This document shows positions 17,240-27,067 of a stretch of 64,000 nucleotides of DNA, one piece after another. Under the pieces are notes generated by a model. That model had not been told where the DNA came from, did no database searches, and saw only the letters and a list, made by a program, of their open reading frames with translations. The stretch spans positions 3,303-67,302 of the forward strand of contig CAYOBW010000006.1 of NCBI GenBank assembly GCA_964402115.1, given 5' to 3'. Position 1 is the stretch's first letter; the number at the start of each line of letters is the position of its first letter. Source of the stretch: an uncultured Victivallales bacterium (lineage in GTDB: Bacteria; Verrucomicrobiota; Kiritimatiellia; UBA8416; CAYOBW01). Position numbers and translations under genes: made by a program.

Positions 17240-17491
17240 GTGTGCGACGGTGAGATGCTCAGAGGGGGAACGTCGTTGAGGAGTTTCTTCATATTCCTGG
17301 TCATGTTCGTGACCATTATTGGGCCTTCCGGGGTCATCGCGGCGATCGGCTTCGCCAGCATACGCGCCCTCGGGCGGAATCCCTCTGCCGCAGGCAAGAT
17401 TCTTCAGGCGATGATTGTAGCCCTCGTCTTTGCCGAGGCTATCGCTGTGATTGCCTTACTGATTCTTTTCCAGTTGTTTGGCAGATCGTAG
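17240..17491 (+). CDS. atpE: F-type ATPase c subunit (proteolipid)
   Basis: Two-helix hairpin with a polar loop (ALGRNPSAAGK, compare ARQPE) and a carboxylate in helix 2 (VFAEAIAVIALLILF). The start is uncertain: GTG 17240, ATG 17255, or TTG 17276 preceded by GAGGGGGA. Confidence 0.75.
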   Translation: MCDGEMLRGGTSLRSFFIFLVMFVTIIGPSGVIAAIGFASIRALGRNPSAAGKILQAMIVALVFAEAIAVIALLILFQLFGRS

Positions 17492-17588
17492 GCGGTTGCG
17501 GGACGGGTTGACGGCGAGGGGCAGCCTGTGCCGTTGGTAACAGTGGGGTGAAACCAGGCGGATAGAGCCAGAACCGGGAAACGAGCTT

Positions 17589-18335
17589 ATGGGCGAAATT
17601 CTTAAATTGTTGGTGCCGATCATTGCGGCGCACGTCGTGGTGCTGGGCGTTCTGATTCTCGTCATCAAGCGGTTGCTTGTGAGCGATACGCGCAAGGCCG
17701 AGGCGCGCATCAAGCAGGTCGAGGTTGAGCTCCGGAAGAAGGAAGAGGCTGTTCGGCGTGAGATCGAGGAGCACGAGAAGGAACTCACGCGGCGCAAGAC
17801 CGACATGGAGGAGGAACTGCAGCGTCGTCGCGATGACAGCGAGCGGGAAGCCGTCCGGCTGCGCGAACAGGTTGTGTCCGAAGCCAAGCGCGACGGGGAC
17901 CGCATCATCACGGCGGCCAAGAAGAACGAACAGCGCATGCGCGAGCAACTGGAGCAAGGCGTTGCCGAGAGAGCCGTCGAGTTCGGCGGCGAGGTCTTCC
18001 GCATGGTTATGAGCGAGCAGGCCACCGCGCAATTGAACCGCCAGTTGGTGGGGGAAGTGCTGGACGAACTTGAACAAATCGATGCGGGCAGCATTTCGGT
18101 GGACGGGACCGAGGCGGAAATCAGCTCCAGTCGACCGCTGGATGCGGATCAGCGCGAACGCCTGCGGGGGTTCATCGTCGATAAACTGCATGTGCACGCC
18201 CAGTTCAAGGAGCTTGTGGTCCCTGAAATGATCGCGGGCCTGAAACTCAAACTCGGCAGCTTGGAAATCGACGCGAGTCTGCTGAACCGCTATCGCGAAG
18301 CGATTCTGGAAGTCAAGAAAACGGCCGGCTTGTAA
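17589..18335 (+). CDS. atpF: F-type ATPase peripheral-stalk protein, b-like N-terminus fused to a delta/OSCP-like C-terminus
   Basis: N-terminal TM segment (LLVPIIAAHVVVLGVLILVI) followed by a long charged coiled coil (KKEEAVRREIEEHEKELTRRKTDMEEELQRRRDD). The C-terminus (PEMIAGLKLKLGSLEIDASLLNRY) resembles the delta-subunit end (..liGG..v..g....D.S). Confidence 0.65.
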   Translation: MGEILKLLVPIIAAHVVVLGVLILVIKRLLVSDTRKAEARIKQVEVELRKKEEAVRREIEEHEKELTRRKTDMEEELQRRRDDSEREAVRLREQVVSEAKRDGDRIITAAKKNEQRMREQLEQGVAERAVEFGGEVFRMVMSEQATAQLNRQLVGEVLDELEQIDAGSISVDGTEAEISSSRPLDADQRERLRGFIVDKLHVHAQFKELVVPEMIAGLKLKLGSLEIDASLLNRYREAILEVKKTAGL

Positions 18336-18416
18336 TCCTTCGCTTTCGGCCGACGCCTCCCGTGTGCTGGTTGAAACACAGGGTTTGGAGTTGGCGACAG
18401 GCGTGGAGGGAAGTGC

Positions 18417-19310
18417 ATGCAGCTTAACAGGTTGCGTCGTGATCTTCGCTTTAACAAGGAGTTGCTCTCCCTAGTGGAGACGTTGAAGAACGTCGCTGGA
18501 TCCCAGTACCACCTGATGGAGAGGGAAAAGGAGCGGTTCGATCGGTTCATGCATGCCTTCGCGGGTTTCTTCCGCGTGATCAACCTGGTGGATGTCGTCA
18601 ATCCGCTTGTGCGGCAGGCGTCCGAGACGACAGGCGTCGTCATCGTCACGTCAGACTCTGGTTTCATGGGCGGGCTCAATCAGAGCGTCATACGGTCAGG
18701 CTTGGAGGCGGCGAGCCCGTTCATGCCGGGGAAAGTGGCTTTCGTGGTGGTTGGCGAGAAGGGGTCGGGACTTGTCAATGACATGAAGATCCCGTTCAAG
18801 TTCTTTCAGGGGATAGCCCAGGACACGATTCTCGATCAGGCCGGCGTGATTCGCGATTACCTCGTGGGCGAGGTCCTTGCAGGTCGCATGGGTCGGGTCC
18901 TCGTGGCGCGTCCGCGCGCCCTGTCGTTTTCAGCTCAGACCATTGACGTCATTCAACTGCTGCCCTGCGGGGATTTGTTCGACAAGGATGCCGAGAGCGA
19001 AGTGTCGAGGCTGCTGGGGCGTACGCGGCTCGTGTCCGATGCACGGCGTGTGATCGTCGAATCGTCATTCGACGGCATCGTATCGTATCTCGCATCGGTC
19101 TGGGTTACCGCCAAGCTGTACGAAGTGTTCGAGGACAGCAAGCTGGCTGAATTCTCGGCGCGCGCCATGCATCTCGAGGGCAGTTGTCAGAAGGTCGAAA
19201 AGCAGCACAAGAAATTGCGGCAGATTACGTTCAAAGCCTCGCATGAACGCATTGACAAGGGCATGCGCGAGAGTTTCGCCGCCACGAAAGCCAACAAGAA
19301 GAAGCAGTAA
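18417..19310 (+). CDS. atpG: F-type ATPase gamma subunit
   Basis: Gamma-like N-terminal helix (LRRDLRFNKELLSLVETLKNVAGSQY), a central TSDSGFMGGLN motif (compare TSDRGLCGG), and a C-terminal helix (EFSARAMHLEGSCQKVEKQHKKLRQITFKASHERIDKGM). GGAGGGA ribosome-binding site upstream. Confidence 0.8.
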   Translation: MQLNRLRRDLRFNKELLSLVETLKNVAGSQYHLMEREKERFDRFMHAFAGFFRVINLVDVVNPLVRQASETTGVVIVTSDSGFMGGLNQSVIRSGLEAASPFMPGKVAFVVVGEKGSGLVNDMKIPFKFFQGIAQDTILDQAGVIRDYLVGEVLAGRMGRVLVARPRALSFSAQTIDVIQLLPCGDLFDKDAESEVSRLLGRTRLVSDARRVIVESSFDGIVSYLASVWVTAKLYEVFEDSKLAEFSARAMHLEGSCQKVEKQHKKLRQITFKASHERIDKGMRESFAATKANKKKQ

Positions 19311-20741
<1,431 letters not shown>

Positions 20742-20805
20742 ACCGTTCGGCCTGGCGCCTCCTGCACCGGCGGGCTTTCTGGAATGCACGGGGGTGAGAG
20801 ATCGC

Positions 20806-22440
20806 ATGCGACGCTTGGAAGACCTGCTCATGGAGAAAGGGTTCGTGTCCGCCGACTCGCTTGAGAGAGCTTCGGAGCTGGCGCGGCAGACCTATCAGCC
20901 TCTACCCAAAGTGCTCCTGGACAATGGGTTGATAAGCGAGGAGCGTCTTCTTCAGACCCAGGCGGAACAACACGGCCTGTCCTACCGCTTGCTGAGTGAT
21001 GTGCAGGTGGACGCCTCCGTGATACGCGCCGTGCCCGCCAAACTGGCGGCGCATTACGCCATCATGCCGCTACGACTTGAGCGGGGGGTCCTGACGGTGG
21101 CCGTCTCCAATCCCCTCGATATGGCTGCCGTCGAGGATATCGAGACCAATCTGGGCCACAGCGTGGAACGTGTGCTGGCCAGTCGCAGCGACATCCTCAA
21201 GGTCCTGCGGCGTTACTACGGCGTGGGAGCCGACACGGTGGAACGTATTCTGGCGGTGTCGCCGGACCGGACCGAAGTCGAGGATCAGGAGGAATCCCAC
21301 GATCTCGAGAAGCTCGCCGAGGACGCGTCCGTGGTGCGGTTGGTCAACCAACTGCTGCAGGAAGCCATCACGGAGCGGGCCACGGACATTCACTTCGAAG
21401 TCAACCGCGAGGAGGTCATCGCCCGACGGCGCATCGATGGCGTGCTCTACGACACCAGTCTGCCCCGGAATATGCGGGGACTCTTCCCCGCCATCGTCTC
21501 GCGGGTCAAGCTGATGTCCGGGTTGGACATTGTCGAGCGCCGGCTGCCGCAGGATGGTCGCGCGCGCGTGCGGGTGGGACGCGACGACTACGATCTGCGT
21601 ATCTCCATCGTGCCAGCCATTCATGGCGAGGACGTCGTGATTCGCATTCTGCCGTCCACGATGCTGTTCGATTTGGCGCAGCTCGGGTTTTACGAGGCGC
21701 ATCGCCATGCCTTGGAGGAACTGCTGGCGCAGCCCCATGGGATTCTTTTTGTCACGGGGCCGACCGGCAGCGGCAAGAGCACGACGCTCTACGCGTGTTT
21801 GAGCCGTTTGAACACCCGTGACCGGAAGATCATCACGATCGAAGACCCGGTCGAATACGAGCTGAAGGGCATCACCCAGACCCAGATCAACCCCGTGATC
21901 GGCCTGACTTTTGCCCGGGCTCTGCGCAGCATGCTCCGGCATGATCCGGACGTCATGATGGTGGGTGAGGTACGGGACCGCGAAACGGCGGAAATCGCCA
22001 TCCAGACAGCCATGACCGGCCACCTGGTGCTCAGCACGCTGCATACCAACGATGCGGCAAGCGGAGCGGTCCGGCTGATTGACATGGGGATCGATCCGTA
22101 CCTGATCACCTCCACGGTGCGCGTTTTCATGGCGCAGCGCCTGGTGCGTGTTCTGTGCCCCGCCTGCAAGGAGAAGATCGAGCAGGAGGGGAACGTGGTC
22201 TACCGCGCGCGCGGATGCCGGCAGTGCAATGCGTCGGGGTTCCGCGGCCGGCTGGCCATCGCCGAGATCCTGCCGCTCACCGGGGAGATTCAAGCGCTCA
22301 TTCTCGACCGCAGTTCAGCGCGGGCTATTCGCGAGCGCGCCAGTCAGCTCGGGGCGCGGACGCTGGCCCAGGACGGGTGGGAGAAAGTGGCGGCCGGCGC
22401 GACAACCGCCGAGGAAATCCTGCGTGTCACCACGCTCTAG
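20806..22440 (+). CDS. gspE: GspE/PilB-family secretion ATPase with an MshEN-like N-terminal domain
   Basis: Walker A GPTGSGKST, the Asp box and His box region (MMVGEVRD, LVLSTLHTNDA), and a tetracysteine motif (CPACKE...GCRQCNASGFRGR). The N-terminus is RLEDLLMEKGFVSADSLERASELARQ. Confidence 0.9.
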   Translation: MRRLEDLLMEKGFVSADSLERASELARQTYQPLPKVLLDNGLISEERLLQTQAEQHGLSYRLLSDVQVDASVIRAVPAKLAAHYAIMPLRLERGVLTVAVSNPLDMAAVEDIETNLGHSVERVLASRSDILKVLRRYYGVGADTVERILAVSPDRTEVEDQEESHDLEKLAEDASVVRLVNQLLQEAITERATDIHFEVNREEVIARRRIDGVLYDTSLPRNMRGLFPAIVSRVKLMSGLDIVERRLPQDGRARVRVGRDDYDLRISIVPAIHGEDVVIRILPSTMLFDLAQLGFYEAHRHALEELLAQPHGILFVTGPTGSGKSTTLYACLSRLNTRDRKIITIEDPVEYELKGITQTQINPVIGLTFARALRSMLRHDPDVMMVGEVRDRETAEIAIQTAMTGHLVLSTLHTNDAASGAVRLIDMGIDPYLITSTVRVFMAQRLVRVLCPACKEKIEQEGNVVYRARGCRQCNASGFRGRLAIAEILPLTGEIQALILDRSSARAIRERASQLGARTLAQDGWEKVAAGATTAEEILRVTTL

Positions 22441-22479
22441 CCCAACTCCGTTCGTGGTGACGTCAGGCGGCAAAGAGAC

Positions 22480-23697
22480 ATGCATACGTACGCGTACAAA
22501 GCCAAGAACGGGCCGGGACAAACGGTCGACGGGACCTTGGACGCGCCGTCGGACAAGGCCGCCGTGGCGGCGTTGGACGCCATGGGGTACAGCCCCATCT
22601 GGGTGCGGCAGACCGGCGAGGCCGGCTCGCAGGCGGGGCGGCGGCGGGGCCGGGTGCGCCGCCGCGTGCGGCCGGCCGATGTCACCCTTTTCACCGGGCA
22701 GCTGGCCACATTACTCCGCTCGGGCGTGCCCATCCTGCGCACCTTGCGCACCATCGGCGAGCAGGCTGAGAACCCCGCGCTGGGGGGCGTGGTGCGCGAT
22801 CTTGAGCAAACGATTCGCGACGGCAGCATGCTTTCCGCGGCCTTGGCCAAGCACCCCCGCCTTTTCGACGAGCTGTACATCAGCATGGTGCGGGCCGGTG
22901 AATCCGGCGGCGTTCTCGATGCCGTTCTGGCCCGGATGACCGAGGTGCGCGAAGAGGAGGAGGAGACGCGCCGGCGGGTTCAGGCGGCACTCGCCTACCC
23001 CCTCCTGATCTTCGTCGTGGGCGTGGCGACCGTGTTTGTCCTATTGACCTTCTTCCTGCCGAAGGTGCTGGACCTGTTCGACAGCTACGACAAGTTGCCG
23101 CTGCCGACCCGCCTGCTGATCGGCGCGAGTTCCTTCCTCGACCTCAACTGGCACTGGCTGCTTCTCGGGGTGGGGCTGTGCGGGTTGCTGTTCCAGCGCC
23201 TGCGGGCATCGGCGGGTGGCCGGCTGGCGCTGGATCGGTTCAAGTTGCGGTTGCCGCTGGTCGGTCGCATGCTCCAGGAGCTTGACGTGGCCCGCTTCGC
23301 GCGGACGCTGGCGGTTCTGCTCGATGCGGGCGTCGCCATCGATCGCGCCTTGACGCTGGCGCGCGAGACCCTGCGCAACGCCGTCCTGCGGATGGAAATG
23401 GAGAGTGTGCGCGACCAGACCATTCGACAGGGATCCCCGTTGTCGGCGGGCCTGCGGCGTGCCGAGCACTTCCCGCTCTTCGCCTCGAACATGGCCGCTG
23501 TGGGTGAAGAAGGCGGCAAACTCGATGAGGCGCTGCTGGAAATTGCGCGGTACTACGAGAAGAGCGTGGCGCAGCGCCTGCGTCTGGCCACGACCCTGCT
23601 TGAGCCGCTGTTGATCCTGGTGGTGGGAGCGCTCGTGGGCTTCATCGTCAGCGCCATGCTGTTGCCCATCTTCGAACTGGGCACGACGCTGCGCTGA
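22480..23697 (+). CDS. gspF: GspF/PilC-family platform protein
   Basis: About 400 aa with duplicated GspF domains (LATLLRSGVPILRTLRTI and LAVLLDAGVAIDRALTLA), three TM segments, and a C-terminal LLPIFEL motif. Confidence 0.9.
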   Translation: MHTYAYKAKNGPGQTVDGTLDAPSDKAAVAALDAMGYSPIWVRQTGEAGSQAGRRRGRVRRRVRPADVTLFTGQLATLLRSGVPILRTLRTIGEQAENPALGGVVRDLEQTIRDGSMLSAALAKHPRLFDELYISMVRAGESGGVLDAVLARMTEVREEEEETRRRVQAALAYPLLIFVVGVATVFVLLTFFLPKVLDLFDSYDKLPLPTRLLIGASSFLDLNWHWLLLGVGLCGLLFQRLRASAGGRLALDRFKLRLPLVGRMLQELDVARFARTLAVLLDAGVAIDRALTLARETLRNAVLRMEMESVRDQTIRQGSPLSAGLRRAEHFPLFASNMAAVGEEGGKLDEALLEIARYYEKSVAQRLRLATTLLEPLLILVVGALVGFIVSAMLLPIFELGTTLR

Positions 23698-23712
23698 GTG
23701 CGGCCCGCGGGC

Positions 23713-24546
23713 ATGGCTTACCGGAAGGAGTGTCACGTGCGCGGCGTTGCGGCGAATGCTGGTGTCCCCCTGCTGGCCATGCTGGTGTTGCTGCGGGGGG
23801 CGGCGTTGGCCGGGACGGCGGCCTGGCGGAGCGTCAAGAGCTTGCATTTTGTGGTCTATCATCAGGACGTGCCGGCCGTGGCCGCGCGCGTGGTGGAGCA
23901 GGCGGAGCAGTTCTATGCCCGCTTGGCCGACGGGTTGGACATGGCTCGCCACCGGGATTTCTGGACCTGGGAGCGCCGGGTCACAATTCGCGTCTACGGT
24001 ACGCGTGCCGCCTTCACGTCCGCCACCGGCGCCCCCGTCTGGGCGTCCGGCAAGGCGGACTACGCCGCCCGGACGATCAGCACCTGCGCCGAAAGCGTCG
24101 ACTTCAAGTCCGATCTGCTGCCGCACGAGATTGCGCACCTTGCGTTTCGCGATTTTGCCGGCTTCAAGGGCGCCATTCCGCTGTGGCTGGACGAGGGGGT
24201 CGCGGAGTGGGCGGCGCAAGGGTGCGACGGGCGTGTCGCGCGGCTGGCGGCTGGACTGCTGGCAACGGGGCGGCTGTCTGCCGTTGAAAGCCTGACGGCG
24301 ACGGACGTCCGCGGAGTGGCTGACCCGTCGTCCGCGCGCGCCTTCTACATTCAAGCGGCTTCCCTGGTGAGTTTCCTGATCCAGTCGCAGGGGGCCGGTT
24401 CGTTCCGGCGCTTTTGCGGCCACTTGCGCGACGGCAAACCCCTGGACGATGCTTTGCGGTTTACTTATCCCGATTCGCTGCGTAGTATCGAGGCTCTGGA
24501 TAAGGCATGGCGCGCGCGGCTGCGGGAGGAACTGGGACATGAGTAG
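23713..24546 (+). CDS. exported HExxH metallopeptidase-like protein (peptidase MA-like) embedded in the secretion operon
   Basis: Hydrophobic N-terminus (VPLLAMLVLLRGAALAG), HEIAHL motif, and a downstream LDEGVAEW that may supply the third ligand Glu. A GTG at 23698 immediately follows the gspF TGA, and the 3' end overlaps the gspG start by 8 nt. Confidence 0.65.
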   Translation: MAYRKECHVRGVAANAGVPLLAMLVLLRGAALAGTAAWRSVKSLHFVVYHQDVPAVAARVVEQAEQFYARLADGLDMARHRDFWTWERRVTIRVYGTRAAFTSATGAPVWASGKADYAARTISTCAESVDFKSDLLPHEIAHLAFRDFAGFKGAIPLWLDEGVAEWAAQGCDGRVARLAAGLLATGRLSAVESLTATDVRGVADPSSARAFYIQAASLVSFLIQSQGAGSFRRFCGHLRDGKPLDDALRFTYPDSLRSIEALDKAWRARLREELGHE

Positions 24547-24946
24547 TCAACGGTCGGGGTTCACGCTGATAGAGTTGATGGTCGTTGTCATTATCATTGC
24601 CGCGCTGGCTGGCATGGTTCTGCCCAAGGTGTTGCCCGCATCCGATGAGGCCAAGGCGAAAATCGCGCAAGGCAGCATAGCCGGGATCGAGACCGGCCTG
24701 GATCTGTATCGCCTGCACAACGACCGCTATCCGGGACAGGACGAGGGGCTCAACGCTTTGTTGGTGCGCACGGCTTCGGCGCGCAACTGGAATGGTCCCT
24801 ACCTCAAGAAGAAACCCATGGATCCATGGAAACGGCCCTTTCAGTATCGTTACCCCGGCGTGCGCAATGCTTCCGGTCCGGACGTGTGGGCGCTTGGTCC
24901 GGATGGGCAGAACGGGACCGAAGATGATGTCTGGGCCGAGGAGTAG
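24539..24946 (+). CDS. gspG: major pseudopilin GspG
   Basis: Prepilin leader and cleavage motif MSSQRSG/FTLIELMVVV. The body is GspG-like (AKIAQGSIAGIETGLDLYRLHNDRYP...GLNAL...WNGPYL...DPWKRPFQYRYPG...D). Confidence 0.9.
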   Translation: MSSQRSGFTLIELMVVVIIIAALAGMVLPKVLPASDEAKAKIAQGSIAGIETGLDLYRLHNDRYPGQDEGLNALLVRTASARNWNGPYLKKKPMDPWKRPFQYRYPGVRNASGPDVWALGPDGQNGTEDDVWAEE

Positions 24947-25013
24947 TACGTGTTCCGGCAAGGAGCGGCCTGGCTGCGGGACACCTGACACAGGGGCGAC
25001 GCCCCTGTCGTGT

Positions 25014-25442
25014 GTGGCTTCAAGAGGCGGTCGTGACGCCGGCGCGAGCCGTGGCTTCACGCTGATTGAAGTCCTGGTCTCCCTGTTCATCCTTTCGATC
25101 GGATTGGTGGCCGTGCTGCGCGCCCTCGACACCTCGGTCATCGCTGTCGGAGAGGCTCGGGATGCCGTTGTCGCCGCTTCCGACATGCAAACCCGCCTGG
25201 CGGGGGCCGTGGACGCAGCCCGCGAGGGTGAAAGCCGGCTACTGGGATGTGCGGGTGACTGGCGGCTGTCCGGCGGGTTGGTGGGGGTGCTGGCGGTTGA
25301 AAAGATGCGTCTCCAGTCGGGCGCTCCGGACACGGCAGGTGGACTCTATGCCGTTACGGTGACGGTAGGCCGGGATGGCCGTGCGCGTCACCGTGCCGCC
25401 ACCCTTGTGCGCGTAGCTTCCGAAGAACCGAAACAGCCCTGA
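25014..25442 (+). CDS. minor pseudopilin (GspI/GspH-like)
   Basis: Class III signal ...ASRG/FTLIEVLVSLFILSIGLVAVL. The GTG start at 25014 was chosen as the first plausible start after the gspG stop, so the start is uncertain. Confidence 0.7.
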   Translation: MASRGGRDAGASRGFTLIEVLVSLFILSIGLVAVLRALDTSVIAVGEARDAVVAASDMQTRLAGAVDAAREGESRLLGCAGDWRLSGGLVGVLAVEKMRLQSGAPDTAGGLYAVTVTVGRDGRARHRAATLVRVASEEPKQP

Positions 25443-25462
25443 CGGCAGGAGCGATAGGCGGC

Positions 25463-26053
25463 GTGAAACGCGGCTTCACCTTGATCGAGTTGCTTGTCTC
25501 TACCGCCTTGCTTACGGCGATCATGGTTGCCGTGGGAGCGTGCCTGGCCGCCGGTTTGCGGGTGCTGGATGGCACGCGCGAGTTTGGCGCCACGGAGGCG
25601 AAGGCCCAGGCAGGGCTGATACTGCTCGGACGCGACCTGATGAACACGTTCCCTTTCCGCGGAGCGGTCTTCAAGGGTAGCGCAGACCAGGTTAGCATGG
25701 CGGGGATGGTATTGCCCGCATCCGGGGAGTCCGGCAAGGCTGAGGTTCGCGAGGTATCCTATCGTTTCGACCCCCGCCACAGAACGATCCGTCGCAGTGT
25801 GCGGGGCGGGGTGCATACACCGCTTGACGCCGATCCGTCCGACGAGGCCATTATCGAGCATGCTCGCGAATTCACGGTGCTCTACCGTTCGGCAAGGATT
25901 CCCCGCGGTGGAGAGCCCCCCTGGCAGGAGCAGTGGAACAACGCTTCGAATTTGCCGGAGCAGGTCAAGGTTGAGCTGTTGGTCGAGACGCGTCACGGTC
26001 CGGTTCCCTATGTTCGGTCGTTCCGTCTCGCCGCGGCTGCGCCTCCTCAGTGA
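25463..26053 (+). CDS. minor pseudopilin (GspJ-like)
   Basis: MKRG/FTLIELLVSTALLTAIMVAVG prepilin motif with a GTG start and a size of about 195 aa. Confidence 0.75.
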   Translation: MKRGFTLIELLVSTALLTAIMVAVGACLAAGLRVLDGTREFGATEAKAQAGLILLGRDLMNTFPFRGAVFKGSADQVSMAGMVLPASGESGKAEVREVSYRFDPRHRTIRRSVRGGVHTPLDADPSDEAIIEHAREFTVLYRSARIPRGGEPPWQEQWNNASNLPEQVKVELLVETRHGPVPYVRSFRLAAAAPPQ

Positions 26054-26059
26054 GGCAGG

Positions 26060-27067
26060 ATGGATGGTTTCGTGCGCGGAAGACGTGCCAGCGTGCTCAT
26101 TGTGTGCCTTTGGGCGTTGTTCCTGCTGGGAGCGCTGACGCTGGCCGTTGGCGCACATGTGTCAGCCGGTCTTCGTATGGCACATGCTCTGTCTCAGCAG
26201 GTCCGGGCGTACTACCTCGCCCAGGGGGCGATTGCCTGGTCCGTGGAGGCGATTCGCGCGAACACGAATGCCTGGGACGGGTGCAGCCCGACAGCCTGGA
26301 ACAACAGCACGGCACTCTTCGGCACGAACGCCTGCCTTGAGACGGGAGCATTTGCGGTCGAATGCGCAGTCCCGCTTTCGCCTGAGCGGTCGGTTCGACT
26401 GGCGGGGGTCATCGGCGCGGAGCGGAAACTGCATCTGAACAAGATGCCCGTGGCCACGCTGGAGGCCCTTCTGCACGATGTCGGTCGCCTTGACGCGGTG
26501 CGGGCCAAGCGCCTGGCTGCTGTCCTGCAAGGCTGGAGATCGGGAGGGGAACAAGAGTTGACACAACGCAAGGAGGATGGCTACTATCCCGTCGTAAGTG
26601 GATCGGGAGCCGCACATACGGGACCCTTTGCGTCGGTTCAGGAGTTGCTGCTCGTGCCTGGATTTGACGGCGACCTGTTTGCGCGTGTTGAGCAGTACGT
26701 AACGGTCATTGGCAATGGCAAGGTTAACGTTAACGTGGCGTCCGAAACCGTGATGCAGGTGGTTGCCATGTCGCGCGGGATCGATGCAATCTCTGCGCGG
26801 CGCGTGGCGCAGGAGATTAGTCAGGCGCGGCCCCGGAAGAGCCTCGACGATTTCCAGGCGGTACTGAGCGAGCGCAGTCGGGCGCCGTTTTCGGCCATGC
26901 GCAACCTTGTGACCGTGCGCTCGACTGTATTTGAGGGAACAGCGCTGGGAATCATCCACGATTCCCGGACGAGAAGGCAGGCGCGTGAGGGCGACGAGGC
27001 GCCGCGAAGTCGCATAGATTTCGCGGTTGATGCGGACGGAACGGTACGGTATTGGCATGAGTACTAA
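26060..27067 (+). CDS. gspK: GspK-like minor pseudopilin
   Basis: N-terminus RRASVLIVCLWALFLLGALTL without Glu at +5. GspK hallmark stretches are present (KLHLNKM..ATLEALL, FASVQELLLVPGF, GKVNVNVAS). Confidence 0.8.
   Translation: MDGFVRGRRASVLIVCLWALFLLGALTLAVGAHVSAGLRMAHALSQQVRAYYLAQGAIAWSVEAIRANTNAWDGCSPTAWNNSTALFGTNACLETGAFAVECAVPLSPERSVRLAGVIGAERKLHLNKMPVATLEALLHDVGRLDAVRAKRLAAVLQGWRSGGEQELTQRKEDGYYPVVSGSGAAHTGPFASVQELLLVPGFDGDLFARVEQYVTVIGNGKVNVNVASETVMQVVAMSRGIDAISARRVAQEISQARPRKSLDDFQAVLSERSRAPFSAMRNLVTVRSTVFEGTALGIIHDSRTRRQAREGDEAPRSRIDFAVDADGTVRYWHEY

Noticed and set aside
23698-24546. HExxH peptidase considered as a substitute prepilin peptidase
   Set aside because: Prepilin peptidases are polytopic aspartic proteases that act at the cytoplasmic membrane face. 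This protein has a single hydrophobic N-terminus and a zinc-protease motif, so it probably acts outside the cytoplasm. A substitute role is unsupported.
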